Origin: an uncultured Candidatus Binatia bacterium
Lineage (GTDB): Bacteria > Desulfobacterota > Binatia > Bin18
NCBI GenBank assembly: GCA_965200965.1
Contig: OZ241744.1
Span: 2,656,001-2,720,000 of the forward strand
Length of the DNA stretch: 64,000 nucleotides
Direction: 5' to 3'
Within the stretch, counting starts at the first letter, position 1. Each line of letters opens with the position of its first letter. The position numbers were made by a program, and so were the translations under genes. Below the pieces are notes generated by a model. That model saw only the letters and a program-made list of their open reading frames with translations. It was not told the DNA's origin and did not search any database. Of the stretch, positions 47,073-60,947 are shown piece by piece.

Positions 47073-48245
47073 ATGGAATGTCTTGTGGAAAAAGACGAAC
47101 TGTTGCGCTCTTTATACCTTGTGCAGGGAGTGGTCGAGAAACGCTCTTCGCTGCCTATTCTCGCCCATGTCCTGATTGAGTCAACGGATGCACAGACCGA
47201 CGCCGAGGGAGGCGCTCTGTCACTTGGGGCCACGGACCTTGAGATCAGTATTCGCCAAAGCTGTAAGGCGAGCGTCAAGAAGACCGGCTCTATCACCACC
47301 GACGCTCGCAAGCTGTATGAAATCGTCCGCGAGCTACCGAGCACGGGGGGCGGATCCTCCGACCCGACCGTCATAACCCTGCGCTCAGCTGGCAGTGGTT
47401 GGATAGAGGTCAGCAGTGGAAAATCCCGGTTCAGGATGGCTAGCCTTGACCCCAAAGAGTTTCCGGCTATAACCCCTGCTCAAGAGGCCGATGGCACGGT
47501 ACCCGCAGCCGCATCGTGTCCTGGCGAAATCATGCGAGAAATGATTGAGAAGACGCTGTTTGCCACCTCGCCGGATGAAACACGCCTCAATCTGAGCGGT
47601 GTGTATGTCGAAGCCCTTGACTCGGGAAAGCTGCGTATGGTGGCCAGTGACGGTCATCGTTTGTCTCTCATCGACCGCCAGGCAGCGATAGCCGACCCAG
47701 CGGCTTGGCCCAAAGTCATTTTGCCCCGCAAAGGGTTAATCGAGGCCCGCAAGATCCTGGAACGGAGCGAGGGCGAGGCCCGCTTCTCTCTGCAGGGGAC
47801 GATGGCAGGGATGCACAAGGAGGCTACCGCGCTGTCCATGCGCTTGGTTGAGGGTGAATTCCCGGATTACCAGCAGATTCTGCCCACCGCGCGGAATTTT
47901 GTGATTCCCTTCTCCCGTGAAGAGTTGCTGAGGGCGCTGCGCCGGCTGTTGATTCTGACCACCGAACGGTCGCGCGGGATTAAGATCCAGGTCGAAGCCG
48001 GGAAGGTCGAAATCTCGGTCAATACCCCTGACCTTGGCGAGGGGGTGGAGGAGGTCATGACAGACTACAGCGGAGACAGCATCGCTGTCGGCTTTAATGG
48101 CCGCTACTTGGTGGAGGCCCTGACCGTGATGGGCGAAGACCAGCAGATTACATTGTCCCTCAAGGACGATATGAGCCCGGGTTTGCTCAAGATGACCGAA
48201 GATCAGGACTTCTCGTATGTGATCATGCCGATGCGCATATTTTAA
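47073..48245 (+). CDS. dnaN: DNA polymerase III beta clamp
   Basis: ATDLE, VASDGHRL, EGEFPDYQ, GFNGRYL, VIMPMR. Confidence 0.98.
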   Translation: MECLVEKDELLRSLYLVQGVVEKRSSLPILAHVLIESTDAQTDAEGGALSLGATDLEISIRQSCKASVKKTGSITTDARKLYEIVRELPSTGGGSSDPTVITLRSAGSGWIEVSSGKSRFRMASLDPKEFPAITPAQEADGTVPAAASCPGEIMREMIEKTLFATSPDETRLNLSGVYVEALDSGKLRMVASDGHRLSLIDRQAAIADPAAWPKVILPRKGLIEARKILERSEGEARFSLQGTMAGMHKEATALSMRLVEGEFPDYQQILPTARNFVIPFSREELLRALRRLLILTTERSRGIKIQVEAGKVEISVNTPDLGEGVEEVMTDYSGDSIAVGFNGRYLVEALTVMGEDQQITLSLKDDMSPGLLKMTEDQDFSYVIMPMRIF

Positions 48246-48299
48246 TTTCAAAAACCTTATTTGTCCCGCCCGTGCGTTTACTTCGCAGCCAGAAAATGA

Positions 48300-50789
<2,490 letters not shown>

Positions 50790-50812
50790 AACCCCCAGAC
50801 CTGCCGACTGTC

Positions 50813-53326
50813 ATGGAAGAAGCGAAGCGTCCACAGGCCGTCAACATCGAACAAGAGATGCGTCAGTCCTACATGGACTACGCCATGAGCGTCATTATTG
50901 GGCGGGCGCTGCCCGATGTCCGCGACGGCCTCAAGCCTGTTCATAGACGCGTGCTGTATGCCATGTCCGACCTGGGAAACGACTGGAACCGACCGTATAA
51001 AAAATCGGCCCGCATTGTCGGCGATGTTATAGGCAAATATCACCCGCACGGTGACGCCGCGGTCTACGATACCATCGTGCGCATGGCACAGGAGTTCTCG
51101 CTGCGCTATCCTCTGGTTGACGGACAGGGGAACTTTGGGTCAATTGACGGGGACCCGCCCGCGGCCATGCGCTACACAGAAATCCGCATGACCCGAATGG
51201 CCTCGGAACTCCTGACCGACATTGACCGGGACACCGTTGATTTCACTGCCAATTACGACGATTCAAGCCAAGAGCCAGCCGTTCTACCGGCCAAGCTTCC
51301 AAATCTGATCATTAACGGATCGTCAGGCATTGCGGTTGGCATGTCAACCAATATCCCGCCGCATAATCTGGGTGAGGTGGTTGACGCGCTAGTAGCCCTG
51401 ATTGATGACCCGGAACTGAGCAGCGGCCAGCTTATGCAATATGTCCGGGGGCCGGATTTTCCAACCGGGGGGTTTATTCACGGCCTCGCCGGCATCCGGG
51501 AGGCGTATGAAACCGGCAGAGGCATTATCCAGATGCGGGCCCGGACCTCGGCTGAGGAAAATCAACGAACGGGCAAGAGCGCTATTATTGTTGAAGAAAT
51601 TCCGTTTCAGGTCAATAAAGCACGGCTGATTGAACGCATTGCCGAACTGGTCAATGACAAGCGCCTTGAAGGCATATCAGATCTCCGCGATGAGTCAGAC
51701 CGCGAGGGCATGCGGATTGTCATTGAACTCAGGAAAGATGTTGTTCCAGACGTGGTCCTCAATCAACTCTACAAGATGACCCCAATGCAGGACTCCTTTG
51801 GGGTCATCCTGCTGGCCATTGTTGAGGAGCGCCCGCAACTGTTGACGCTCAAACACAGCCTGGTTCATTTTTTGGACCATCGCCGGGCTGTGGTGCGGCG
51901 ACGGACCGCTTTCAACCTCGACAGAGCCCAAGAACGGCTGCATCTGCTTGAAGGCCTGAAGGTCGCCCTCGATAACCTCGACACGGTTATCCGGCTCATC
52001 CGTAGTGGCGAGAGTCCGCTCAGCGTTCGTCACCATATCATGGCGCGCTATGAGTTGAGCGAGACCCAGGCGCAGGCTGTTCTGGACATGCGCTTGCAGC
52101 GCCTCACTCAACTGGAGCAGGGAAAAATCGTCGCCGAACACACCGAGACAGCGGCGTTGATCCGCACGCTTGAAAACATTCTGGCCGACCCGAGCGAAAT
52201 TGACGATCTCATCAGCCGGGAATTGCAAGAGATCAAGACACGCTTTGCCGATGAGCGCCGCACAGAGATTCTTACCGCTAGCGCCGACCTCTCTGTTGAA
52301 GACCTGATTGCCGAAGAGGATATGGTCGTCACCATCTCCCATGCCGGCTATATCAAGCGCACTGCGACCTCGCTCTACCGCTCACAGCGGCGCGGGGGAC
52401 GCGGTATTGTGGCGGCGACCACGCGTAATGAGGATTTTGTTGAACATCTGTTTGTGTGTTCAACTCACGCCTATCTGCTGGTTTTTACCTCTCTCGGCAG
52501 GGTTTACTGGGTGAAGGTACACGAGATCCCACAGGCCGGTCGGGCCTCAAAAGGTAAGGCGATTATCAACCTGCTGCCGCTCGGAGCAGAGGAAACGATC
52601 TCTGCTTTTCTGCCCGTGCGCGAGTTCACGCCCGACACCTGGGCCGTTTTTGCCACTCGTAACGGTCTGGTCAAAAAGACCGACCTGATGGACTACGCCA
52701 ACCCACGCCAGGGCGGCATTATCGCCATATCCCTAGACCCCAGCGATGCAGTCATTGGCGTAAGGCTGGCCGGTGCCGATCAGAAAATCCTCCTCTCGAC
52801 CCGGCATGGCAAAGCCATCCGCTTTTCCGAGCGGGAGGTTCGTCCCACTGGGCGCAGCACCCAGGGGGTCAAAGGCATCAGCCTGGAAGCAGACGACAAG
52901 GTGATGTCCCTGGCCGTCCTGAACCCTGACGAGAGCCTGCTGACCGTCTCCTCTTTGGGCTATGGCAAACGGAGCAATGTACACGAATACCGGCTGCAAT
53001 CCCGCGCCGGCAAAGGCATAATCACCATGCGGACAACCGACAAGACAGGCGAGGTCGTCGGCGTGCTACAGGTGACCGACGAGGACCACCTGATGCTGAT
53101 TACCGATAGTGGGCGGGTTATTCGGCTGCGCATCCGGGAATTGCGAACCATCGGGCGCAACACCCAGGGGGTACGGCTGTTTGATATTGGCCCTCGGGAA
53201 CGGGTCGTGAGTCTGACTCTCCTGGTTGAAGACGGAGAAGAGAACACCGGATCTGATCGACAAAACGGTCAACACAACGGAGCGCTGGCTGAACAGACCA
53301 GTCTCACCGTACAGGAGGATATATGA
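50813..53326 (+). CDS. gyrA: DNA gyrase subunit A
   Basis: [22 protein letters not shown], GyrA box QRRGGRG. Confidence 0.99.
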   Translation: MEEAKRPQAVNIEQEMRQSYMDYAMSVIIGRALPDVRDGLKPVHRRVLYAMSDLGNDWNRPYKKSARIVGDVIGKYHPHGDAAVYDTIVRMAQEFSLRYPLVDGQGNFGSIDGDPPAAMRYTEIRMTRMASELLTDIDRDTVDFTANYDDSSQEPAVLPAKLPNLIINGSSGIAVGMSTNIPPHNLGEVVDALVALIDDPELSSGQLMQYVRGPDFPTGGFIHGLAGIREAYETGRGIIQMRARTSAEENQRTGKSAIIVEEIPFQVNKARLIERIAELVNDKRLEGISDLRDESDREGMRIVIELRKDVVPDVVLNQLYKMTPMQDSFGVILLAIVEERPQLLTLKHSLVHFLDHRRAVVRRRTAFNLDRAQERLHLLEGLKVALDNLDTVIRLIRSGESPLSVRHHIMARYELSETQAQAVLDMRLQRLTQLEQGKIVAEHTETAALIRTLENILADPSEIDDLISRELQEIKTRFADERRTEILTASADLSVEDLIAEEDMVVTISHAGYIKRTATSLYRSQRRGGRGIVAATTRNEDFVEHLFVCSTHAYLLVFTSLGRVYWVKVHEIPQAGRASKGKAIINLLPLGAEETISAFLPVREFTPDTWAVFATRNGLVKKTDLMDYANPRQGGIIAISLDPSDAVIGVRLAGADQKILLSTRHGKAIRFSEREVRPTGRSTQGVKGISLEADDKVMSLAVLNPDESLLTVSSLGYGKRSNVHEYRLQSRAGKGIITMRTTDKTGEVVGVLQVTDEDHLMLITDSGRVIRLRIRELRTIGRNTQGVRLFDIGPRERVVSLTLLVEDGEENTGSDRQNGQHNGALAEQTSLTVQEDI

Positions 53327-53793
53327 GCGTACAGGTCGGGCAAAACGCCCCGGATTTTACCCTCAAGACGAGTAAAATGCAGGATTTCACCCTGAGCGAA
53401 CAGAAGGGCAAGAAGAATGTGGTCCTGCTCTTTGTTCCGCTGGCCTTTACCGATGGTTGAACAAATGAATTTGGCTCCGTGCAAGCCAATCTCGACAGTT
53501 TACAGAACGAGAACACGCAGGTCGTCGGCATCAGCGTGGACAGCCCATTTTCTCTGGACGCCTGGGCCACCAAGGAGGGCTATGAATTTCCGCTGTTGAG
53601 CGACTTTAATAAGGAAGTCGCCGCCGCCTATGATTCCCTCTATCCCGAGCTGCTGGTGTTCAAAGGCGTGGCCAAACGAACGGCTTTTGTGATCGACAAA
53701 AATGGTGTGGTTCAGTACGCTTGGCTGAATGATGACGCCGGTACCCTGCCCGACCTTGACAAGATCAAAGCCTGCCTCCAGCAATGTGGCTGA
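53323..53793 (+). CDS. Peroxiredoxin (AhpC/TSA, AhpE-like) with selenocysteine at the peroxidatic position
   Basis: AGGAGG SD; [14 protein letters not shown]...FVPLAFTDG-[TGA 53458-53460]-TNEF...GISVDS...LLSDFN...KRTAFVID in one frame. Confidence 0.9.
53471..53489 (+). promoter_or_regulatory. Candidate bacterial SECIS hairpin
   Basis: TTGGCT-CCGTGCA-AGCCAA, 10 nt after the in-frame UGA. Confidence 0.6.
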
Positions 53794-53804
53794 GTTCGAC
53801 CGCG

Positions 53805-54071
53805 CTACCCGCCCGGTTTGAGGCCGGGCTGACCATATCTATTCCAGAAAACCGGAACAATAATGACACTCAGCACCGCCCAGCCGCCACAGACCAGGCC
53901 GGAGAGCGCCCACAACCCTTTGGAACATCCGTTTCGACTGGCAAAGACCCAGCACACAACAGCATCCAGCACATGAATAAATGCGGCGGTGTGGACCAGC
54001 CGCTGAAAATCAAGATCATCGCTAAAGAACCGCAGGCCCGTAAAATATCCGAGAAACACCTCAACATTCAT
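53805..54071 (-). CDS. Small hypothetical membrane protein
   Basis: MNVEVFLGYF..., two hydrophobic segments. Confidence 0.6.
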   Translation of the reverse strand: MNVEVFLGYFTGLRFFSDDLDFQRLVHTAAFIHVLDAVVCWVFASRNGCSKGLWALSGLVCGGWAVLSVIIVPVFWNRYGQPGLKPGG

Positions 54072-54093
54072 CCGCTTCTTCCTTTTGCATGCA

Positions 54094-54426
54094 ATGGCTG
54101 AAGAGAAAACACTATTGGAAAAGCTCTGCGAGCTTGGCGAAGAAAACCTCGCGCGGTTTGTCGAAGAACTACGCTCCAGCCCGGTTTTTGCTGAGGGGAT
54201 TGACCGCACCCTGCAGAACGCGGCGGAAACCAAGGGAAAGGTTGACCAGAACATAGCCGCCCTGCTCTCGCTGCTCAACCTCCCCTCTAAGGCCGACTAC
54301 GACAGCCTGGCAGCGCGGCTGGAAACCGTCCAGGGCAGCTTGGTGAATCTCAATCTCAAACTTGACCGCCTGCTGGCCAAACAGAAAAAAGCACGGCATC
54401 GAACCGGAAAGAAACCCAGGCACTGA
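54094..54426 (+). CDS. Phasin-like / PHA granule-associated coiled-coil protein
   Basis: LNLPSKADYDSLAARLE motif, basic tail. Confidence 0.6.
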   Translation: MAEEKTLLEKLCELGEENLARFVEELRSSPVFAEGIDRTLQNAAETKGKVDQNIAALLSLLNLPSKADYDSLAARLETVQGSLVNLNLKLDRLLAKQKKARHRTGKKPRH

Positions 54427-54439
54427 GCCATTCCTCAAC

Positions 54440-55468
54440 ATGCACACGAACCGTTTGCCTGTCTTTTTTGGGCTCACTATGTTCCACTTTGTCAGCCTGC
54501 TCCTTCTGGCTCAGCCTGGTTCAGCCTGGGACGAGGAGCGTTTTGCCCGGAAAAAGACCACCGCCTACTCCTACAGCCTGCCCGACGGACAGGCTGGTGC
54601 CCGAACCGTGATCGGCTCTCCGCGCAGCTACACCGTCCAGGCCAAAGACACCCTGCTCGATATCGCCCGCTACTTTGATCTGGGCTTTAACGAGATCAGC
54701 GCCGCCTATCCGGACCTCGATCCCTGGCTTCCCCCGCAAGGTTCAGAACTCAGCTTGCCGACCTTCTGGGTCCTGCCCAAAAGTCGCCCTGCCGGAGTCG
54801 TGGTCAATATCCCGGAAATGCGCCTGTACTATTTCCCGGACCAGGAGAAACACGGTGCCGAGCGGCTGGTGTTGACCTATCCGGTTGGCCTTGGCCGCGA
54901 AGACTGGCCAACACCCCGGACGCCGTTTCGGATTCGAGGCAAAACAGTCAACCCGACCTGGGTGATTCCCGAGTCTATTCGGCAAGAACGGATCAAAGAA
55001 AAGGGCTGGTCAGAAACCAGCCTGCCGGGTGGGTCGCCGGATAATCCGCTGGGCAAATATCGGCTGGAATTGAGCTTGTCCCAGGCGTCCGGCGCATACG
55101 CCATCCACGGCACAAACAACCCCTGGGCAGTCGGCAGAATGGTCACCCACGGCTGTATTCGACTCTATCCAGAAGACATTGAGCGCTTCTTTGACCTGGT
55201 TCGGGTCGGCAGCTCTGGCGAGCTGACCTACCAGCCGGTCAAGGTCGGGATGCGGCACGGTCGGGTCCATGTCGAAGTCCACGCCGATATCTACGGTCTG
55301 ATTCCAGACCCGTGGCAAGACGCCCGGCGCGTTGTGCAGGACAGCGGTTGGGCCCATCTGGTTGATCCGGCCCTGCTGGCCCAAGCCCTGCGTGAGCAGT
55401 CCGGCGTTCCGGTTGATGTGACATCCACCACAGCGAACCACGATGACCTTGCCACAGGGGAGAGTTGA
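54440..55468 (+). CDS. L,D-transpeptidase (ErfK/YbiS family) with LysM
   Basis: DTLLDIAR, VNIPEMRLYYF, YPVGLGR, NPLG, IHGTN..G..THGCIRL. Confidence 0.95.
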   Translation: MHTNRLPVFFGLTMFHFVSLLLLAQPGSAWDEERFARKKTTAYSYSLPDGQAGARTVIGSPRSYTVQAKDTLLDIARYFDLGFNEISAAYPDLDPWLPPQGSELSLPTFWVLPKSRPAGVVVNIPEMRLYYFPDQEKHGAERLVLTYPVGLGREDWPTPRTPFRIRGKTVNPTWVIPESIRQERIKEKGWSETSLPGGSPDNPLGKYRLELSLSQASGAYAIHGTNNPWAVGRMVTHGCIRLYPEDIERFFDLVRVGSSGELTYQPVKVGMRHGRVHVEVHADIYGLIPDPWQDARRVVQDSGWAHLVDPALLAQALREQSGVPVDVTSTTANHDDLATGES

Positions 55469-55872
55469 GCGACCGCATGGAACTCAAAGTCCGGACCCGG
55501 AAAAAAAATGATGTGCTTGACCTGACCAGACAGGTCACCGAACTAGTCCAACAGGCCAACCTTGAACAGGGGGTGTGCCACGTCTATGTGCCCCACGCCA
55601 CCGCGGCAATTATTGTCAACGAAAACGATGATCCGCAGATTAGTCAGGATCTGCTCACAGCCCTGGCTGGTCTCGTCCCCGAAGGCGTCTGGCTGCACGA
55701 CAAGGTTGACGACAATGGTGCAGCGCATCTGAAAGCAACCATCCTTGGTCCGAGCGAAAGCGTTCCTGTCCACCGGGGTCGTCTGGCCCTCGGCACCTGG
55801 CAGGCCATCATGCTGGTGGATTTTGACGGACCGCGCGACCGGACGGTCCTTGTCACCCTCACCAGAGCGTGA
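55465..55872 (+). CDS. yjbQ: YjbQ/UPF0047 family protein
   Basis: PHATA..NEN.DP, N..AHLKA, LGTWQ, DFDGPR. Confidence 0.9.
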   Translation: MSDRMELKVRTRKKNDVLDLTRQVTELVQQANLEQGVCHVYVPHATAAIIVNENDDPQISQDLLTALAGLVPEGVWLHDKVDDNGAAHLKATILGPSESVPVHRGRLALGTWQAIMLVDFDGPRDRTVLVTLTRA

Positions 55873-55876
55873 AGAG

Positions 55877-56572
55877 ATGGTACGGTCAATCAAAGACTGG
55901 CCAGAGTCGGACCGCCCCCGCGAAAAACTGATCGAAAGAGGCCCCGGCGCTCTCTCCAACGCCGAATTGCTGGCGATCATCCTGCGGACCGGCAACGCCA
56001 GCAGCGGCCAGACCGCGCTTGACCACGGCCGGGACCTCGTCCAGCAGTTTGGCGACTCTTTCCGTCGCTTGGCCGAGGCCAGCATCACCGACCTGTGTCA
56101 GGTCAAAGGCATCGGCCCGGCCAAGGCCGCCCAGGTCCAGGCCAGCCTGGAAATCGCCCGACGGTTTGCCGGCAGGGAGATGAGGCAGGGCGACCAGTTT
56201 CGCTCTTCGGAGGATGTCTTTCACCACTACCAGGAGCAGCTTGGCGGCCTCAAGAAAGAAGAGTTCCATGTCCTGCTGCTCGACGCCAAGAACCGCAAAC
56301 TCAAAGATGTCCGCATCTCAGAGGGATCGCTGACCTCATCCCTCGTCCACCCCCGCGAAGTCTTTACCGCAGTGGTCCGCGAGTCTGCGGCCGCAGTCAT
56401 TCTGATCCACAACCATCCCAGCGGCGACCCCGTCCCGAGCCACGAAGACCTCCAGATTACCCGACGCTTGCGACAGGTCGGCGAACTCATGGGCGTCCAT
56501 ATCCTTGACCATCTGATTATCGGCAAAGGCCGCTATGTGAGCTTTGTGGACGACGGGTATTGGGAGGCATGA
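55877..56572 (+). CDS. radC: RadC (JAB domain) protein
   Basis: RPREKL, ELLAIILRTG, GIGPAKA, VHPREVF, HNHPSGD, LDHLIIG. Confidence 0.96.
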   Translation: MVRSIKDWPESDRPREKLIERGPGALSNAELLAIILRTGNASSGQTALDHGRDLVQQFGDSFRRLAEASITDLCQVKGIGPAKAAQVQASLEIARRFAGREMRQGDQFRSSEDVFHHYQEQLGGLKKEEFHVLLLDAKNRKLKDVRISEGSLTSSLVHPREVFTAVVRESAAAVILIHNHPSGDPVPSHEDLQITRRLRQVGELMGVHILDHLIIGKGRYVSFVDDGYWEA

Positions 56573-57420
56573 GAAACGGGATGGGGCTCAACCGCGCGCT
56601 GGTCGGCAAACAGTATCCAGCTCAGGACTACGGCGTCACGGCCGAGGCTGTGTACAAATACGCCAGAGCCTGCAATGAGGATAACCCGCTCTTTTTTGAG
56701 AGGAGCCATCCCTCCGGGGTGCTTGCTCCGCCGATGTTCGGGGTGGTGATGGGCTGGCTGTCGGTGATGATGGTAGTGACCGATAGCGAGCTCAATGTTG
56801 ATGTGCTGCGGCTCCTGCATACCGAACAGGACATGCGCTTTGTCCTGCCCGTTATGTCGGGTGACATCATTACCAGCACGGCAAGCCTGGTGAGTATTGA
56901 GGAAAAGGCCGGCGGTGAGGCGTTGACGCTTGAGGTAGACAGCGTGAACCAGCGTGAACAGGCCGTCCAACACATGCGCTTTGGGGCCTTCATCCGGGAC
57001 AAGCGGGGACGGGGGGGTGAAGCCTTTGGTCCATCACCTCAGACCCAGCCGCTGCTGCGCGTTGAGCAGTCCATTGACCCCGACCAGACCTGCCGCTACG
57101 CTGAAGCAGCGGGCGACCGTAATCCCATTCACCTTGACGAGCAGGTTGCCAGAATGGCCGGTCTGCCGGGGATTATCGTCCACGGTTTGTGTACTATGGC
57201 GTTTACCGCAAAAGTGATGATTGACCATCTGTGCGACCGTGAGCCACGACGCCTCAAACGGCTCCGGGTGCGTTTCTCACGTCCCGTCTTTCCGGGTCAG
57301 ACCCTTAGCACCGCGGTGTGGCAATCTGACCAACCGGCCGGCATATATGCCTACGAGACATACAACCCGGACGGAAAAGCGGTCATTAAGAACGGGATTG
57401 CCGAAATTGCCCCGACCTAG
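56569..57420 (+). CDS. Double hot-dog MaoC-family dehydratase
   Basis: [32 protein letters not shown]. Confidence 0.9.
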   Translation: MRNGMGLNRALVGKQYPAQDYGVTAEAVYKYARACNEDNPLFFERSHPSGVLAPPMFGVVMGWLSVMMVVTDSELNVDVLRLLHTEQDMRFVLPVMSGDIITSTASLVSIEEKAGGEALTLEVDSVNQREQAVQHMRFGAFIRDKRGRGGEAFGPSPQTQPLLRVEQSIDPDQTCRYAEAAGDRNPIHLDEQVARMAGLPGIIVHGLCTMAFTAKVMIDHLCDREPRRLKRLRVRFSRPVFPGQTLSTAVWQSDQPAGIYAYETYNPDGKAVIKNGIAEIAPT

Positions 57421-57848
57421 AACGGCACGTCATCATCGTCCGGTACGGGCGGTGCCTCATAGCCCCCGCCTGAACTGGTACCTTCAGACTCGTACTGCCC
57501 AGACCGGCCCTCACCCCCTCTGCCGCCAATGAACTGGACCCGCTGGGCGATAATCTCGGTGACATAGCGTTTGTTGCCGTCCCGGTCGTCGTAACTGCGG
57601 GTCTGAATACGGCCCTCGACATAGACTTGTCTGCCCTTGGACAGATATTGCCCGCAGGATTCGGCCTGCTTGCCCCAGACTACGATATTGTGCCAATCGG
57701 TCCGTTCCTGGCGTCCGTTTTCCTGATCCATCCAGGTATCTGTGGTGGCCACCGTAAAGTTGGCCACCGCGCGCCCGCTTTGGGTAAACCGCACCTCCGG
57801 GTCTCTTCCCAGATTGCCCAGAATAATCGCTTTATTGACAGCAGCCAT
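57417..57848 (-). CDS. ssb: Single-stranded DNA-binding protein
   Basis: [26 protein letters not shown]-terminal DDDVPF. Confidence 0.98.
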   Translation of the reverse strand: MAAVNKAIILGNLGRDPEVRFTQSGRAVANFTVATTDTWMDQENGRQERTDWHNIVVWGKQAESCGQYLSKGRQVYVEGRIQTRSYDDRDGNKRYVTEIIAQRVQFIGGRGGEGRSGQYESEGTSSGGGYEAPPVPDDDDVPF

Positions 57849-58001
57849 GTCGGATTCCTCCTTCCCAGGCAAACCTACCAAGCCTGTCTTTTAAGTCAAC
57901 GGGCACGGCTCTCAGCCGGGGCGTCCGTTGCCGATTGCCCGGGGCTTGCGTATACTTCCAAGGCTGAATCGTCTCAGCTTTTGGGTGGAGGGCATTGAAC
58001 T

Positions 58002-59753
58002 GTGATAAACGCGCTTTTCTCTCGGTCTGTACTATCGGTGTGTCTGACGGTCTGTGTGCTGCTTGGCGGTGGGCCGGCCCGGGCCGATCTTTCCCAGTAC
58101 GCCCCGTTTGTTGAAACCGGCCGGCAGGGCATGGTCGTGACCGCCAACGTCCAGGCCAGTCAGGCCGGGCTGGACATGCTGCGCCGGGGGGGCAATGCGG
58201 TGGACGCCGCGGTAGCTGCCTCATTTGCGATCAGCGTGACCCGCCCGCAGTCCACCGGTATTGGTGGCGGCGGGTTTCTGCTGCTGTACCTGGCCCAAGA
58301 AAAGACCGCCCTGGCGTTTGACTTCCGGGAACGTGCGCCCCTCAAGGCCACCCGCGATATGTTTCTGCGGGATGGCAAGGTCGTACCGGGGCTGAGTCGA
58401 ACCGGGCCGCTGGCCGTTGGCGTGCCGGGCCTGGTAGCCGGCCTGGTTGAGGTCCACCAGAACTATGGCCGGCTGCCGCTCTCCGAGGTCATGGGCCCGG
58501 CTATCAGCTTGGCCGAGGACGGTTTTCCGGTCTATCCGTTTCTGGCTAGGGCCTTGGCCTACCGGGAGGAACTGCTCGGCAGTTCTGCGGCCACCAGGGC
58601 GGTGTATTTTCGGCAGGAGCGCATCTTGGCCGAAGGCGAGTTGCTGGTCCAGACAGACTTGGCCAACACCCTGCGGGCCATTGCTGCCGAAGGCCGGGAC
58701 GCCGTGTATCGCGGCCCGATTGCCGCCGCGATTGTGGCCGAAATGGAAACCCGGGGCGGGCTTCTCACCGCTGCCGACCTGGAGAACTATACCGTCCTGG
58801 CCCGAACGCCGCTCGCCACCAGCTTTCAGAACGCCCGGATTTACTCCATGCCGCCACCCAGTTCAGGCGGGGTGCTGATGATCCAGATGCTGAAGGTGCT
58901 GTCGGGTTTTCCAGTCCAGAAGTTTGGCTTTCAGACCCCCACCGCCACCCATGTGCTGGCCGAGACCCTGCGGCTGGCCTTTCGGGATCGGGCGCGGTAC
59001 TTGGGCGATCCCAATTTTGTTGATGTGCCGGTCGAGATGCTGATCTCGGACGACTATAGCAGTACGCTGCGGGCTACCATTGATCTGGCCAAAGCCAGCC
59101 CGAGCCGGGATATTCCTGAGGCTCCGGCCAAGATCGAATCAACCAGCACCACCCACCTGTCGGTTATCGACGCGGCCGGCAACGCCGTGTCAACAACCCA
59201 GACCGTCAATCTGTTCTTTGGCAGCGGCGTGCTCGTGCCCGGAACCGGCATTCTGCTCAACAATGAGATGGACGACTTTGACGCCCAGCCGCACGAGCCG
59301 AACGCGTTTGGGCTGCTGGGCAAAACCGATGCCAATGCCATTGCGCCGGGCAAAACCCCGCTCAGCAGCATGAGTCCGACAATTGTGACCCGCGACGGAC
59401 GGGTGTACCTGGTGGTTGGCGGTCCGGGCGGGTCACGCATTATCAGTTCGGTCCTACAGGTCCTGCTCGGGGTTCTGGCCTATGAGCAGTCGCTGCCGCA
59501 GGCCATGTTTGCCCCGCGCATCCATCATCAGTGGTTCCCCGACCGGCTCGATGTGGAGGTCTGGGAGGGCGAGCAGGACAAGGGCCTGGTCAACGCGCTG
59601 GAGCAGATGGGCCATACGGTGCGGGTGCTTGAATCCGGCCCAGGCAAGTTCTCCCGCTTTGGCAATATCCAGGCGTTGAGCGTTGATCCAGACACGGCCC
59701 TCATCACCGGGGTTGCCGATCCTCGGGCCGGCGGACGACCACGCGGGTTCTGA
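58002..59753 (+). CDS. ggt: Gamma-glutamyltransferase
   Basis: GGNAVDAAVA, GIGGGGF, STTHLSV, LNNEMDDF, PLSSMSPT, GGPGGSRI. Confidence 0.96.
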   Translation: MINALFSRSVLSVCLTVCVLLGGGPARADLSQYAPFVETGRQGMVVTANVQASQAGLDMLRRGGNAVDAAVAASFAISVTRPQSTGIGGGGFLLLYLAQEKTALAFDFRERAPLKATRDMFLRDGKVVPGLSRTGPLAVGVPGLVAGLVEVHQNYGRLPLSEVMGPAISLAEDGFPVYPFLARALAYREELLGSSAATRAVYFRQERILAEGELLVQTDLANTLRAIAAEGRDAVYRGPIAAAIVAEMETRGGLLTAADLENYTVLARTPLATSFQNARIYSMPPPSSGGVLMIQMLKVLSGFPVQKFGFQTPTATHVLAETLRLAFRDRARYLGDPNFVDVPVEMLISDDYSSTLRATIDLAKASPSRDIPEAPAKIESTSTTHLSVIDAAGNAVSTTQTVNLFFGSGVLVPGTGILLNNEMDDFDAQPHEPNAFGLLGKTDANAIAPGKTPLSSMSPTIVTRDGRVYLVVGGPGGSRIISSVLQVLLGVLAYEQSLPQAMFAPRIHHQWFPDRLDVEVWEGEQDKGLVNALEQMGHTVRVLESGPGKFSRFGNIQALSVDPDTALITGVADPRAGGRPRGF

Positions 59754-59770
59754 ACAGCGAGGGGGTGGGT

Positions 59771-60946
59771 ATGCGCATTGACGTGGACTACTACAATCTG
59801 GAAGCACTCCTCAGCCAGGAAGAGCGGCTGGTGCGGGACGTGGCGCGGCGTTTTATTGAAGACGAGTTCACGCCCCACATCCAGCGTTGCTTCCGGGAGG
59901 GCCGTTTTCCTCTGGAGCTGATCCCCCGCTTGGGGGAACTCGGCTTTCTAGGCATGACCCTGCCGACCGAGTATGGCTGCGCCGGACTCAATAACATCGC
60001 CTATGGCCTGGTGAGCCAGGAGTTGGAACGGGGCGATAGCGGTCTGCGGTCGTTTGCCAGTGTGCAGTCCTCGCTGGTCATGTATCCTGTTTTTCAGTTT
60101 GGTTCAGACCAGCAGAAAACCTTCTGGCTGCCCCGGCTGGCCACGGCCGAAGCGATTGGCTGCTTTGGGCTGACCGAGCCGGACTTTGGCTCAAATCCGG
60201 GCGGGATGCTGACCCGAGCCCGCCGGGCCCGGGGCGGCTATGTGCTCAGCGGCACCAAACGCTGGATCACCAACGGCTCAATCTCCGACCTGGCCGTGGT
60301 GTGGGCCAAACTTGACGAAGACGGCACAGACGCGATTCGTGGCTTCCTGGTTGAGAAAGAGCGGCCGGGCTTCACCCGTCACGACATTCCGGGCAAGTTC
60401 AGCTTCCGGGCCTCCGTGACCTCTGAGCTGATCTTTGAAGACTGCTGGATTCCCGAAAACAACCTGCTGCCCAAAAGCCGCGGTCTCAAATCTCCCCTCA
60501 TGTGTCTGACCCAGGCGCGCTATGGGATTGCCTGGGGGGCACTGGGCGCGGCCATCGCGTGCTATGAGTCGGCCTTGGACTATGCCAAAAACCGCATCAT
60601 GTTCTCCCGGCCAATAGGCGGCTATCAGCTCGTGCAGGCCAAGCTGGTCACCATGATTACTGCAATCACCACAGGCCAACTGCTCGCCCATCGGCTCGGG
60701 ACACTCAAAGACGCCGGGGCCATGCGGCCCCAGCAGGTCAGCATGGCCAAGATGCATAACGTTGCCGCGGCCCTCCAGATTGCGCGTCTGGCCCGGGACA
60801 TCCTGGGCGGCAATGGCATCACCGATGAGTATCCGGTCATTCGGCATCTGTTGAATCTGGAGACGGTCAATACCTACGAAGGAACGGAAGACATCCACCG
60901 GCTGACCATCGGGCGGGATGTGACCGGACTGAGTGCGTTTGAGTAA
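59771..60946 (+). CDS. Acyl-CoA dehydrogenase (glutaryl-CoA dehydrogenase-like)
   Basis: ERGDSGLRSFASVQSSL, GCFGLTEPDFGS, LETVNTYEGT. Confidence 0.93.
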   Translation: MRIDVDYYNLEALLSQEERLVRDVARRFIEDEFTPHIQRCFREGRFPLELIPRLGELGFLGMTLPTEYGCAGLNNIAYGLVSQELERGDSGLRSFASVQSSLVMYPVFQFGSDQQKTFWLPRLATAEAIGCFGLTEPDFGSNPGGMLTRARRARGGYVLSGTKRWITNGSISDLAVVWAKLDEDGTDAIRGFLVEKERPGFTRHDIPGKFSFRASVTSELIFEDCWIPENNLLPKSRGLKSPLMCLTQARYGIAWGALGAAIACYESALDYAKNRIMFSRPIGGYQLVQAKLVTMITAITTGQLLAHRLGTLKDAGAMRPQQVSMAKMHNVAAALQIARLARDILGGNGITDEYPVIRHLLNLETVNTYEGTEDIHRLTIGRDVTGLSAFE

Positions 60947-60947
60947 G

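Noticed and set aside
55877-56572. RadC JAB domain as the protease that unmasks the sulfur carrier GG
   Set aside because: Ordinary full-length RadC 53 kb away; nothing links it to the sulfur operon
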